A DNA stretch of 63,645 nt, filler included, from Octopus bimaculoides (lineage: Eukaryota), in assembly GCF_001194135.2 (NCBI RefSeq). It is 8 parts of 8 records of this genome, joined end to end, with 100 filler letters (N's around TTAATTAATTAA, not from the genome) between each part and the next. Parts side by side here need not be neighbours in the genome. Positions count along the whole stretch, not along the records: positions 62,299 to 63,645 come from NW_026372497.1; 7 more parts are not named here. The stretch is one strand, 5' to 3'. The notes beneath the pieces are model-generated. The model searched no databases and was not told where the DNA came from. It worked only from the letters and a program-made list of their open reading frames with translations. Position 1 is the first letter of the stretch, and each line of letters opens with the position of its first letter. The position numbers and the translations under genes are program-made. Positions 63,362-63,645 of this stretch are shown piece by piece.

Positions 63362-63572
63362 ATTTCTACTATAGGCACAAGGCCTGGAATTTGGAGGAAG
63401 GGCTTATTCATTATATCGATCCCAGTGTTCCACTGGTACTTAATTTTATCGACCCCGTAAGATGAAAGGCAAAGTAGACCACGACAGAATTTGAACTCAG
63501 AACATAGCAACGGGCGAAATACCGGTAAACATTTCTTCCAGTGCGCTAACGATTCTGCCATCTTGCTGCCTT
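63362..63572 (-). mobile_element. SINE family C, followed by (TAA)n to window end
   Basis: TTTTATCGACCCCGTAAGATGAAAGGCAAAGTAGACC..GAATTTGAACTCAGAAC..GTGCGCTAACGATTCTGCC. Confidence 0.9.
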
Positions 63573-63588
63573 AATGATGATGTTGATG

Positions 63589-63635
<47 letters not shown>

Positions 63636-63645
63636 CATAATAATA

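Overview
This is AT-rich, microsatellite-dense animal genomic DNA. Its SINE, LINE and DNA-transposon content is typical of an octopus (cephalopod) draft assembly. It has many N-gaps, seven of them 100-bp spacers carrying an artificial TTAATTAATTAA linker. I see no complete gene, rRNA, genuine tRNA or CRISPR array, and almost all of the supplied ORFs are microsatellite, gap or antisense artefacts. Five things are well supported. (1) A three-level transposon nest at 2.9-9.1 kb: an APE-RT LINE interrupted by a Chapaev3-type DNA transposon with TTA TSDs, itself interrupted by an Hsmar1-like mariner with TA TSDs. (2) Further relics: CRE-like RT, a second mariner, a LINE RT, Gypsy RT/RNaseH, a Tc1/maT-type deletion derivative and Dong/R4-type ends. 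(3) At least four tRNA-headed or tailed SINE-like families, in many copies. (4) Three Penelope-type terminal-repeat families carrying minimal hammerhead-like cores, two of them arranged as long fold-backs. (5) A few probable exons: a plus-strand coiled-coil/Ser-rich terminal exon at 22.8-23.1 kb, and a minus-strand Met-rich (DMRS)n exon at 57.7-57.9 kb with a likely partner exon of 13-aa repeats at 54.4-54.8 kb. A textbook recursive-splice (AG|GTAAGT) motif lies just downstream of a cluster of large hairpins at 51.9-52.6 kb. All family assignments rest on motifs I recognised by eye and need database confirmation.
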